From: Macrostomum lignano | Lineage: Eukaryota | Assembly (NCBI GenBank): GCA_002269645.1 | Contig: NIVC01003253.1 | Location: forward strand, 1-64,000 | DNA length: 64,000 nucleotides | Reading direction: 5' to 3' | In this document: positions 11,685 through 24,105 of the stretch, in pieces | Layout: every line of letters starts with the position of its first letter | How positions within the stretch are numbered: the first letter of the stretch is position 1 | Notes under the pieces: generated by a model | Seen by the model: only the letters and a program-made list of their open reading frames with translations | Told to the model about the DNA's origin: nothing | Databases searched by the model: none | Translations under genes and position numbers: made by a program

Positions 11685-13325
11685 TAAACATAAAAGAAGC
11701 GCAATGTCAAATATAAAAGAGCCACCATGCCAAACAAAAAAAAAGTGCCACCATGTAGAACACAGAAGAGACACCATGTCAAACATAAAAGAGCCACCAT
11801 TTCAAACATAAAAGAGCCACCATGTGAAACATATACGTGACTCAATGTCAAACATTAAAGAGCCACCATGTCAAACATTAAAGAGCCACCATGTCGAACA
11901 TAACAGAGACAACATTTCAAACATAAAAGAGCCATCATGTCAAACATAAAAGAGCCACCATGTCGAACATTAAAGAGCCACTATGTCAAACATAACAGAG
12001 ACAACATTTTAAACATAAAAGAGCCATCATGTCAAACATTAAAGAGCCACCATGTCGAACATTAAAGAGCCACCATGTTGAACATTGAAGAGCCACCATG
12101 TCAAACATTAAAGAGCCACCAAGTAAAATATAAAAGAGCTACCATGTCAAACATAAAAGAGCCACCATGTCGAACATAACAGAGACAACATTTCAAACAT
12201 TTAAGAGCCACCATGTCAAACATAAAAGAGCCACCATGTCGAGCATAAAATAGCCACCATGTTGAACATTAAAGAGCCACCATGTCAAACATTAAAGAGC
12301 CACCATGTCGAGCATAAAAGAGCCACCATGTCGAACATAAAAGAGCCACCATGTCAAACATTAAAGAGCCACCATGTCAAACATTCAAGAGACACCATGT
12401 CGAACATAACAGAGACAACATTTCAAACATTTAAGAGCCACCATGTCAAACATAAAAGATCTACCATGTCAAACATAAAAGAGCCATCATGTCAAACATA
12501 AAAGAGCCACCATGTCGAACATTAAAGAGCCACCATGTTCAACATTAAGGAGCCACCATGTCAAACATAAAAGAGCCACCATGTCAAACATTAAAGAGCC
12601 ACCATGTCAAACATTAAAGAGCCACCATGTCAAACATTCAAGATCAGCCATGTCGAACATAAAAGAGCCACCATGTAAAATATAAAAGAGCTACCATGTC
12701 AAACATAAAAGAGCCATCATGTCAAACATAAAAGAGCCATCATGTGAAACATATACGTGACTCAATGTCAAACATTAAAGAGCCACCATGTCAAACATAT
12801 ACGTGACTCCATGTCAAACATTAAAGAGCCACCATGTCAAACATATATGACTCCATGTCAAACATATATGACTCCATGTCAAACATATATGACTCCATGT
12901 CAAACATTAAAAATAAAAAAGACACCATGTCACACATAAGGGAGCCACCATATCAAACATAAAAGAGCTACCATGTCAAAACATTATTGAGCCATTATGC
13001 CCAATATAAAAAGACACAATTTCAAATGTAAAAGGGCCGCCATGTCAAACATAGAAGAGCCACCATGTCAAACATAGAAGAGCCACCATGTCAAACAACT
13101 AAGCCACCATGTCAAACATAACAGAGACACCATTTCAAACGTAAAAGGGCCGCCATGGCAAACATAGAAGAGCCACCATGTCAAACATTAAAGAGCTACC
13201 ATGTCAAACACAAAAGGGCCACCACGTCCAACATTAAAGAGCTATCATGTCAAACACAAAAGAGCTACCATGTCAAACATTAAAAAGCCACTTTTTTAAA
13301 CAAAAAAGAGACACCATTTCAAACA
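11685..13325. repeat. 23-bp minisatellite (aaagagccaccatgtcaaacata) in Helitron copy 1
   Basis: About 70 imperfect copies. Confidence 0.95.
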
Positions 13326-13429
13326 TAAAAGAAGTGTCATGCCAAACAAAATGAAACCATTATAAAGCTAAGGAAATTGTTGCACTAGCTACTTGTTCTC
13401 TGGTGGATGCTTGCTATTTAAGGATGGAT

Positions 13430-13935
13430 ACTTGCTATCAGGGGGATGCTTGCTCTTGGGGGTGGAGAGTACTTGCTATCTGAGAGGGGGTTGCTAGATA
13501 TCTATAAGGTATCTTTGTATCCAGGTTATGCTTGCTATCAGGGGTTGCTTGCTGTCTGGGGGATGCTTGCTATCTTGCGGGGGGGATGCTTGCTATCTGG
13601 GGGATGCTTGCTATCTGCGGGATGCTTGCTATCTGGGGGATGCTTGCTATCTGCGGGATGCTTGCTATCTGGGGGACGCTTGCTATCTGGGGTCTGGGGG
13701 AATGCTTGCTATCTGGGGATGCTTGCGATCTGGGGGATGCTTGCTATCTGAGGAATGCTTGCTATCTGGGGGATGCTTGCTATCTGCGGGATGCTTGCTA
13801 TCTGGGGGATGCTTGCTATCTGGGGTCTGGGGGAATGCTTGCTATCGGGGGATGCTTGCAGTCTGGGGGATGCTTGCTATCTGGGGATGCTTGCTATCTG
13901 GGGGATGCTTGCAGTCTGGGGGATGCTTGCTATTT
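13430..13935. repeat. 15-bp minisatellite (gatgcttgctatctg/ggg) in Helitron copy 1
   Basis: Tandem copies of 14-16 bp. Confidence 0.9.
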
Positions 13936-14704
13936 GGGGATCAATGCTTGAATGTTGTCTGAGGATGCTTGCTGTCTTGGGATGTTTTGTTTTTAAGAGG
14001 GAATGTCTGTTGTTTTTTCTGAAGGCTTTATTTCGCTGTCTATTTGTTATTTGTAAAAAACAAGGATTCTATCCAGATGTCCCCCATCGGGGGGCAAAGA
14101 TTGCTAGTCCTATATACTAAAAATGAGTTGTCTGTGGGTAGGTAGGTAGGTAGGTATGCGATAGATTTCAGAAAAAATGGCTCAACCGATTTTCTTCAAA
14201 CTTGCACCATTCGATCAGAAATTTTCCTGGGACGGTACATGCATCTTGGCTAAGAAATTGCTCAATTTTAAAGGGATTAAATATTCGAAAAACATGCTTT
14301 TTTGCAAAGGTCAAGCAGCTCTTTCGACCTGAAATGCATTGTAAGAATGCTAGAGAAAAAACTGACTGACTGAATTCCGATTGTGATAAAGATTGCATCA
14401 CAACAAGTTAAAAACAGTGCCGAAGAAATGCACACACGACTTGATTTAAATTGCGTAACCATATTGCTAACTTAAATTGAGACTGATACTGGCTGACTGA
14501 GAAATTGATTATGTCATAACTTTTTACTCCAATTGACTTGCTGTAAGAATTGAATTATAAGGACCACAATTCATGTTCTCCAATTGAAAAGAGATAGCCC
14601 TGATGCGAACAGACTGGAATGCTAATGTAGCGACCTGGGTTCGAATCATAGTAGTGCAAAAAGATTTTTTTATTAAAACACCTTAAAAACACAACAAAAC
14701 TGCT

Positions 14705-16945
14705 AAACATCAAAGAAGCGCAATGTCAAACATATAAGAGCCAACATATCGAACATAAAAGAGTTACCATGTCAAACATAAAAGAGCTACCATGTCGAAC
14801 ATTAAAGAGCTACCATGTCGAACATTAAAGAGCCACCATGTCAAACATAAAAGAGCCACCATGTCAAACATAAAACAGCCACCATTTCGAACATTAAAGA
14901 GCCACCATTTCGAACATTAAAGAGCCACCATTTTGAACATTAAAGAGCCACTATGTCAAACAATTAAGAGCCACGATGTCAAACATAAAAGAGCCAACAT
15001 GTCAGACATTCAAAAGCCACCGTATCAAACATAAAAGAGTTACCATGTAGAACAAAAAAGATCCACCATGTCGAACATAAAAGAGCCACCATGTCAAACA
15101 TAAAGAGCCACCATGTCAAACATTTAGGAGCCACCATGTCAAACATATATGTGACTTTATGTCAAATATTAAAGAGCCACCATGTGAAACATTAAAGAGC
15201 CACCATGTCAAACATTTAAGAGTCACCATGTCAAACCTAAAAGAGCCACCATGTCGAACATAAAAGAGCCACAATGTCAAACATTAAAGAGCCACCATTT
15301 CAAACCTAAAGGAGCCACCATGTCGAACATTAAAGAGCCACCATGTCGAACATAAAAGAGCCACCATATCAAACATAAAAGAGTTACCATGTCAAACATT
15401 AAAGAGCCACCATGTCAAACATAAAGCAGCCACCATTTCGAAAATTAAGGAGCCACCATTTCGAAAATTAAGGAGCCACCATGTCGAACATTAAAGAGCC
15501 ACCTTGTCCAATATTAAAGAGCCACAATGTCAAACATTAAAGAGCCACCATTTCAAACCTAAATGAGCCACCATGTCGAACATTAAAGAGCCACCATGTC
15601 GAACATAAAAGAGCCACCATGTCGAACATAAAACAGACACCATTAAGAACATTAAAGAGCCACCATGTCGAACATTAAAGAGCCACCATGTCGAACATTA
15701 AAGAGCCACCATGTCAAACATAAAAGAGCCACCATTTCGAAAATTAAGGAGCCACCATTTCGAAAATTAAAGAGCCACCATGTTAAACATTAAAGGGCCA
15801 CCTTGTCAAATATTAAAGAGCCACCATGTCAAACATAAAACAGCCACCATTTCGAAAATTAAAGAGCCACCATGTCGAACAATAAAGAGCCACCATGTCA
15901 AACATAAAACAGACACCATTAAGAACATTAAAGAGCCACCATGTCGAACATTAAAGAGCCACCATGTCAAACATAAAACAGCCACCATTTCGAAAATTAA
16001 GGAGCCACCATTTCGAAAATTAAGGAGCCACCATGTCGAACATTAAAGAGCCACCTTGTCAAATATTAAAGAGCCACAATGTCAAACATTAAAGAGCCAC
16101 CATTTCAAACCTAAATGAGCCACCATGTCGAACATTAAAGAGCCACCATGTCGAACATAAAAGAGCCACCATGTCGAACATAAAACAGACACCATTAAGA
16201 ACATTAAAGAGCCACCATGTCGAACATTAAAGAGCCACCATGTCGAACATTAAAGAGCCACCATGTCAAACATAAAAGAGCCACCATTTCGAAAATTAAG
16301 GAGCCACCATTTCGAAAATTAAAGAGCCACCATGTTAAACATTAAAGGGCCACCTTGTCAAATATTAAAGAGCCACCATGTCAAACATAAAACAGCCACC
16401 ATTTCGAAAATTAAAGAGCCACCATGTCGAACAATAAAGAGCCACCATGTCAAACATAAAACAGACACCATTAAGAACATTAAAGAGCCACCATGTCGAA
16501 CATTAAAGAGCCACCATGTCAAACATAAAACAGCCACCATTTCGAAAATTAAGGAGCCACCATTTCGAAATTTAAAGAGCCACCATGTTAAACATTAAAG
16601 GGCCACCTTGTCAAATATTAAAGAGCCACCATTTCAAACCCAAAAGAGCGACCATGTCGAACATACAAGAGCCACCATGTCGAACATAAAAGAGCAGCCA
16701 TGTAGAACATAAAAGAGCCACCATGTCGAACATAAAAGAGCCACCATGTCAAACATAAAAAAGCCAGCATGTCAAACATAAAAGAGCCAACATGAAGAAC
16801 ATTAAAGAGCCACCATGTCGACCATTAAAAGAGCCACCATGTCGAACATACAAGAGCCACCATGTCAAACATAAAAAAGCCACCATGTCGAACAATAAAG
16901 AGCCACCATGTCAAACATAAAAGAGCCACCATGTCAAACATTCAA
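14705..16945. repeat. 23-bp minisatellite in Helitron copy 2, with a 552-bp higher-order duplication
   Basis: About 97 copies; ORFs 15780-16046 and 16332-16598 are near-identical. Confidence 0.95.
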
Positions 16946-17044
16946 GATATACAATTTCAAATGTAAAGGTATAAAGCGCCATGCCAATTTAAAGGAGCCA
17001 CTATAAAGCTAAGGAAATTGTCGCTCTAGCTACTTTTTGTCTGG

Positions 17045-17635
17045 TGGATGGTTGCTATTTGGGGGATGCTTGCTTTCTGGGGGATGCTTGCTATCTGGGC
17101 GATGCTTGCAATTTGGGGGATGCTTGCTATCTGAGGGATGCTTGCTATCTGGTGGATGCTTGCTATCTGAGGGATGCTTGCTATCTGAGTGATGCTTGCT
17201 ATCTGGGGGATGCTTGCTATTTGGAGGATGCTTGCTTTCTGGGGATGCTTGCTATCTGGGCGATGCTTGCAATTTGGGGGATGCTTGCTATCTGAGGGAT
17301 GCTTGCTATCTGGTGGATGCTTGCTATCTGAGGGATGCTTGCTATCTGAGTGATGCTTGCTATCTGGGGGATGCTTGCTATCTGAGGGATGCTTGCTATC
17401 TGAGGGATGCTTGCTATTTGGGGTATGCTTGCTATCTGAGGGATGCTTGCTATCTGGGGAATGCTTGCTATCTGGGGAATGTTTGCTATCTGGGGAATGC
17501 TTGCTATCTGGGGGATGCTTGCTATCTGGGGGATGCTTGCTATCTGGGGGATGCTTGCTATCTGGGGGATGCTTGCTATTTGAGGGATGCTTGCTATCTG
17601 GGGAATGCTTGCTATCTGGGGGATGCTTGTGGTCT
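17045..17635. repeat. 15-bp minisatellite in Helitron copy 2
   Basis: Tandem gatgcttgctatctg(g/a)ggg copies. Confidence 0.9.
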
Positions 17636-18827
17636 TGGGAAGATTTCTTATTGCAATTCACTTCATTTGAGCAGTTTGTCTGTTGTCTTTGTGAAGGATT
17701 TTCTGGCTGTCTTTTTGTTACTTGTAGAGAACAGAGATTCTATCCAGATGTCCCCCATCGGGGGGCGAAGATTGCTAGTTTAAGCTATTTCTCTTGGTCT
17801 TCAACTCGTCAAGTACTTAGGCTATTCTACAAATATATCGCAAGCATTCACATTCGTTATTAAACAACAATCAGCTCCTGACTTTCGCGTCACGTCAAAT
17901 AGTATTCTAACTAAAATACAGTATCAGTGTTTTTACGCTCGTATTAAACTGCTTCGCTCTCTTTTCATACCTGTAAAAAATTGGTACGTTCTTTTTAAAA
18001 ATCTGCAAAAAACTGTCTGACTATGTTCTCGGGTTAAGTGCATTCGGATGCAGCTAGTAAATAAATTTTCATTACTCGCAAGTGCAATTACATGCATATG
18101 TGCTTCAATCCTGAATTTAAAATCCTCGCTAAACCATTAACGCCTGCAAGAGCAGCTCCTTATCTGGCATGTGATGTAAATGTATGTATTGCTTATTTGT
18201 GAAGTGCATGCCAACTAAAAAGGACCAATCGAAGTACATTTAGATTTAGAAGTAGTAGATACTCGATACACAGAGCTTAAATCACTTTTAATGTCAATTC
18301 TTACATAAATCTGCAGTTTTTTATCCAAGGAGTATTTGATCGGAGATTGATAAAATGGCTCACCTAGTCTTATTGCTTGCAATGGACGCAAAAGAGATCG
18401 GTTACTGAAAGTAGAAACACACGCCCAGCCCATGCAAGTAGCTACACTGTAGAACTGCAAGAACTGAAAGAAATCCTTGCATGGATTAGACGCGTTACAA
18501 GCGGAAGATGTCAACTTCAGTACATGCATATAGAGACCTAGACGGTGCTAGCGTGAGCTCGAGTCCATTTTGAGCAATTTGAATACACCTGTGCATGTAA
18601 AGACTTATAAAAACCTGTAAAAGAAGCTGAACTTGTGTAATATTAATTTATAATAATAAAAATAAAGCTCTGGATTCGCCATACAGATCGAACTCTCTGT
18701 GGACTTCCGGAGGGAAATTCTCAAAGAACATTACACGTTATATATGATTTTTATATGAAAGCATATGAAAGTACACGATATAGATGTACTAGCGGTTATC
18801 AGCTGAGCAGTCTGTAACGCATGAGTT

Positions 18828-20110
18828 GGCTACAGATGGTTACAGATGGCTACAGATGGCTACATATAGGTACAGATGGCTAAAGATGGCTACAGATGGC
18901 TACAGATGGCTACATATGGCTACAGATGGCTACAGATGGCTACAGATGACTACAGATGGCTACAGATGGCTACAGATGACTACAGATGGCTACAGATGGC
19001 TACAGATGGCTACAGATGGCTACAGATGCTACAGATGGCTACAGATGGCTACAGATGGCTACATATGTCCACAGATGGCTACAGATGGCTAAAGATAGCT
19101 ACAGATGGTTACAGACGGTTACAGATGGCTACAGATGGCTACAGATGGCTACAGATGGCTACAGATGGTTACAGACGGTTACAGATGGCTACAGATGGCT
19201 ACAGATGGCTACAGATGGCTACATATAGGTACAGATGGCTAAAGATGGCTACAGATGGCTACAGATGCTACAGATGGCTACAGATGGCTACAGATGGCTA
19301 CATATGTCCACAGATGGCTACAGATGGCTAAAGATAGCTACAGATGGTTACAGACGGTTACAGATGGCTACAGATGGCTACAGATGGCTACAGATGGCTA
19401 CAGATGGCTACAGATGGCTACAGATGGCTACAGATGTCCACAGAAGGCTACAGATGGTTACAGACGGTTACAGATGGCTACAGATGGCTACAGATGGCTA
19501 CAGATGGTTACAGATGGCTACAGATGGCTACAGATGGCTACAGATGGCTACAGATGGCTACAGATGGTTACAGACGGTTACAGATGGCTACAGATGGCTA
19601 CAGATGGCTACAGATGGCTACAGATGGCTACAGATGGCTACAGATGGCTACAGATGGCTACAGATGGCTACAGATGGCTACAGATGGCTACAGATGGCTA
19701 CAGATGGCTACAGATGGCTACAGATGTCCACAGATGGCTACAGATGGTTACAGACGGTTACAGATGGCTACAGATGACTACAGATGACTACATATAGGTA
19801 CAGATGGCTACAGATGGCTACAGATGACTACAGATGGCTAAAGATGACTACAGATGGCTACAGAAGGCTACAGATGGCTACAGATGGCTACAGATGGCTA
19901 CAGATGGCTACAGATGGCTACAGATGTCCACAGAAGGCTAAAGATGGCTACAGATGGCTACAGATGACTAGATGACTACAGATGGCTACAGATGACTACA
20001 GATGACTACAGATGGCTACAGATGGCTACAGATGGCTACAGATGGCTACAGATGGCTACAGATGGCTACAGATGGCTACAGATGGCTACAGATGACTACA
20101 TATGGCTACT
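18828..20110. repeat. 10-bp minisatellite (GATGGCTACA)n
   Basis: About 128 copies with patterned variants. Confidence 0.97.
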
Positions 20111-21390
20111 TGTAGAATGTACCGCGACTTGTAATAACGAAACACTTTCTTCCACTAACAGTGAGTGATCAGCCATATTTCGCCAACATGTGTCATCCTG
20201 TAATTTAACGGTCAAACGTACGCGAGTTAATAACACTGGGCGTTTAGTTAGAGAGCGGTCATAACTCTTAAGTCATCCTTATTAACAGTCCTACACTGGA
20301 TGTGTGTAATTATATTTTAATTTTGGCATAAAATAAGCTACCAATGATCGCCTCTAAGCTCCATAAGTTAACTCATACTTCAGAAAGTCAATCAGTAACA
20401 CAATACTTCATGTACCCTTTCTGCCAACACAAAGGGTCACGTGAGAGTGTAAACTTTCTACAAAATCTAAGTGGATTGGAATTTGCCCGAGATTTGCCGC
20501 GCTAACAACTACATTGTGTAGTTTCGACCTTGAACCAGAAATTTATTGTACTTGTCACACCTGAGGGAAATGGAAAAATCCGGTAACGCCAATTCTGCCA
20601 ACGCAACTGACGCATTCGACTTGGCACACTAGTAGGTCGCTATTCTAGATGCAGCGCTCGCGCACGCGTCGCTCAAAAATAGAACAATTGCGCAGGCGTT
20701 CCAATGTTTGCTTGAGCTGTTGAATTGACAGTTCACCTTTGGTCATGCTAATATTGAATTTCTGCCCTCTCTACAAAATTTTTAGCTTCCAAACTATTAA
20801 GGTAATTTTACGAAAACACTAATTGAAGAAAGCTTACGTTCAGGCTAATCAATAATTAGGAAACAAGAAATGAATTTAAAGTAATTTGCGATGTAACTAG
20901 TATGCTCATACGTGGTAAGGGTTACAATCTCGCTTAGTTGATTCAGATTGTCACACTCTTGTAACCTTTGCCTCTTAGTGCAATGCGAATAGGCTTATAT
21001 GACCGAAGGCAGTCACTCAAAACCGGACTGCTCTCTATAGTGGGCCAGCATTAAACTAACTAATTACCAGCCACGTCTGTTTACAATTGAACGCAGGCAT
21101 TTTATTATTACGAGCTAAAATAATAAAAGTCAGTCATGCTTCCAGGCGCCTGCCAATCCGCCTGCCTGACTGCTATCTGCCGTAAGAAACTGAACAGTTT
21201 CAATTCAGGTTCCTGACAGACACTTGACACAAAAACCAGATAAAATTCGTGCCAATAAGGCTAAGGCCAGCATTATCAATCTGGTTCAAAGCGGTCGCTC
21301 GAACTCTTTGAGGCCGGCAACATAAATTGAGTGCAACTAGCAACAGGCTTCAACAAAGCGAAAAGCCTCGGTAGTTCTTAAAGCTCTCGA

Positions 21391-23460
21391 ATGGAGTCAC
21401 AAGACAACAACAGGCGGGCAGTGTCCGATGAGGCAATCGGCCTGATGATCAACAAGGCGGCGCCGGAGACGGCGGACGAGCAGGCCTCTGCTCTCGAGGT
21501 CGTGCCAGTGAATACCGAGGACGTGCTGCCCCTGCCGCTAGACAGAGGCTACGCCTGGGTTGTGACTTTCGCCTGCATGATGAACAGCTGCATTGTGGAC
21601 GGCATCGGAAACTCCTTCGGATTTTTAATGGTTGACTTCTGCCAGTACTTCAACGCTGATAAGGCGTCCGTGACGCTTATCGGGTCACTGATGTGTGGAG
21701 TCTATCAAATGATCGGGCCAATAGCTGGTGCTCTGGTGAACAAGTTCGGCTGCCGTCCAGTCTGCATAGCGGGCGCAGTGCTAGCAACCGCTGCCTTCGT
21801 GATCAGCAGCTTCGCTCCCAGCCTCGCCGTTCTCACCTTCTCTTACGGTATTCTCGGGGGCATCGGATTCGGACTGATCTACCTGCCCTCGATGGTTTGC
21901 GTCAATTTTTACTTCGAGGAATATCGAGCTTTGGCCATGGGGCTGGCCGTCTGCGGCACGGGGATCGGCACCATGGTGATGGGGCCGCTGACCAGAGCTC
22001 TGGCTGAGGCCTTCGGCTGGAGAAATTGCCTGCTCATTCTGGGAGGAATCGTGTTTAACTCTGCCGTGTTTGGCGCCCTGATGAAGCCGAACGAGCCGGA
22101 GCCGGTGCAGCAGAGACGCCGCCGCACGTCACGTGTGGAGCGAGGTCGCAGGCCTGACGACACAGACGAGGCGGCTGCATGCCGAGAGCTGGTTGCCTCA
22201 ACTGTGAGCGTCAGGAAGATGAGCACCAGCACCGAGGGCGGAAGCGTGGGAGCTGTGCTGCGATCCCTGCCTGCGCTCGTCGACCACCGTACGAAAATCC
22301 CTGCGGGCTCCGCCAGCAACCGCTGCAAAGTCGCCAAGGCTGCTCGGGCGCGCCAATTTGACGTCAAGGCGGTGTGTGACGACCCCATAGCAACGGCTGC
22401 CATTGAGGACTTCAAGCGGCCTCTGTACCGCAAGGATATCTTCTATGCCGGCTCTGTGGCGAGTCTGGCGAGTTCCAGAATACGGAAAAAGTCAGCAGTG
22501 ACGCCGAGCCAGCTGGTCATCTCAATGACGCGAATCCCCGGCGAAATGTCAACTCAAGGTTCAGTGAGAACCATCGCCAAACCGGAAAAGATGCCTGATG
22601 GAGAAGAGTCTGAGGACGAGACTGCGGCTTGGGTGCCCAAACCCATCCGTGATGCGTTCCTCCTGATGACCGATTTGTCTCTGTTAAAGGACTCCGGCTT
22701 CCTAATAGCTTGGATAGCGAACTTGGTATCCATGCTATCGTTCTACATTCCGCTATTCTTCATCGGAGACTTCGCCAGAGAGGCCGGAGTCTCCGACGGT
22801 GAGTCCAGGTATCTGAATGCAGCCTTTGGCAGCGCCAACACCCTCAGCCGCATTCTGGTCGGATGGGCCGCCGGCAACCCGAAGGTGTCGCCCCTGCTCG
22901 TCAACAATGTCTCGCTATTCTTCAGCGCTGTCCTGGTGCTGGTGCTCAACTACTCAACCAGCTTCCCGATGCTGATCGCCACCTACACGGCGCTCGGCGT
23001 CACTCTGGGACCCTTCATCACCCTCACCTCGGAGATTCTGTGCCGCCTAGTTGGCCTAGACAACCTAACCAGCGCTTTTGGCCTCATCATTCTGGCCAGG
23101 GGAATCAGTACCTGCGTAGGGTCACCGCTCGCAGCCTCACTGTACAGCCCCAGCACCAAGTACCTGCTCCCGTTCGCTGTGGGCGGCGGCCTCTTCGCTC
23201 TGAGCTCCGTCATCTTCAGCATCCTGCTCCTGCCGCGGTTCAGCCAGCGCCAGGAGGCCAACAAGAGTGAGCTGCAGGAGACCATGCGAAGTGTGCAGAA
23301 CCTGCACGCCAGCTTCCTGCTGGTCGAGGGCACCCAGCTGGTGACCAGCAATAGTGTGAATCTGGGCCTCATCGCCAGTAGCGAGCCGAAGACGGCGGCT
23401 ATGATTATGCGGCAGGACGAGACCAAGGAGGAGGACGGATTCTTCGAGGCCACCGTGTAG
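21391..23460 (+). CDS. SLC16: Monocarboxylate transporter (SLC16/MCT, MFS), single-exon CDS, 689 aa
   Basis: DRGYAWVV (DGGWGW-like motif), GPIAGALVNKFGCR, LIYLPSMVCVNFYFEEYRALAMG, FGWR, a long TM6-7 loop with YRKDIFYAGS, and a second six-TM bundle. Confidence 0.95.
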   Translation: MESQDNNRRAVSDEAIGLMINKAAPETADEQASALEVVPVNTEDVLPLPLDRGYAWVVTFACMMNSCIVDGIGNSFGFLMVDFCQYFNADKASVTLIGSLMCGVYQMIGPIAGALVNKFGCRPVCIAGAVLATAAFVISSFAPSLAVLTFSYGILGGIGFGLIYLPSMVCVNFYFEEYRALAMGLAVCGTGIGTMVMGPLTRALAEAFGWRNCLLILGGIVFNSAVFGALMKPNEPEPVQQRRRRTSRVERGRRPDDTDEAAACRELVASTVSVRKMSTSTEGGSVGAVLRSLPALVDHRTKIPAGSASNRCKVAKAARARQFDVKAVCDDPIATAAIEDFKRPLYRKDIFYAGSVASLASSRIRKKSAVTPSQLVISMTRIPGEMSTQGSVRTIAKPEKMPDGEESEDETAAWVPKPIRDAFLLMTDLSLLKDSGFLIAWIANLVSMLSFYIPLFFIGDFAREAGVSDGESRYLNAAFGSANTLSRILVGWAAGNPKVSPLLVNNVSLFFSAVLVLVLNYSTSFPMLIATYTALGVTLGPFITLTSEILCRLVGLDNLTSAFGLIILARGISTCVGSPLAASLYSPSTKYLLPFAVGGGLFALSSVIFSILLLPRFSQRQEANKSELQETMRSVQNLHASFLLVEGTQLVTSNSVNLGLIASSEPKTAAMIMRQDETKEEDGFFEATV

Positions 23461-24105
23461 CCACTGCGGTGAACTTGCATGCGTTCGCTTGCCAAGACGG
23501 TCTTGGCGATGCCCAGCAAATCTGAGTTGTAGCATCCGATCCAACTTATTTAAGCCTTTACACACCAGCAATGCAAAGCAATTGCTAGCAATACAGCTAT
23601 ACTGATGAAATGTGTTTGAGTTTACTCCTGCGGACTCCGAGGAGAAGTCCGTAACGCTAATGGTGCCTGTGATTGCCTCAGCGATATGACTGCATGCAAT
23701 GCACGAATCAATCAGTAGTGAATGAATTGGAATTTATTTTTTAGCCTCGTAATTTTTCATTAGGTGTTTTAATCATCCACTTCAAATTGCTTCTCAAGAA
23801 CTATCAAAATGATCCCTACATGCATGAGCTCCCTAAGATCAATAATATACTGACGGGTCGTCAAACGGCAATTATTAAAAAAACACTTGAAAATCGATCA
23901 GTTTTTTTTTCAATTGCAATCCAAGCCATCCCAACACGGTGCCATTCAGATGAGCAAAATGAGGCAAAGACAACTCAGGCAACACGATGGTGCAAATGCG
24001 GTTCGCAGCTGCAGGTCTCGTGTATTTCTGCTAGTTAACCAGCCATACGCCGGTACTCAGCATTGCTGCAGTGGAAAATCCCCAGTCCAAGGTCAGTCCA
24101 GCAGT

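Larger units (their letters stand above)
11102..14107 (+). mobile_element. Non-autonomous Helitron copy 1 (TC...hairpin-CTAG) with internal 23-bp and 15-bp minisatellites
   Basis: Preceded by A, starts TCatatatactaaaaatg; GC hairpin at 14079-14095 lies ~9 nt before CTAG at 14104-14107; no TSD and no Rep/Hel ORF. Confidence 0.85.
14108..17778 (+). mobile_element. Non-autonomous Helitron copy 2, head-to-tail with copy 1
   Basis: Junction CTAG|TCctatatactaaaaatg; hairpin at 17750-17766; CTAG at 17775-17778 followed by T. Confidence 0.85.

Noticed and set aside
11685-16945. GCCACCATG (vertebrate Kozak consensus) in the 23-bp monomer
   Set aside because: It yields only short repetitive ORFs with no evidence of translation; most likely coincidence.
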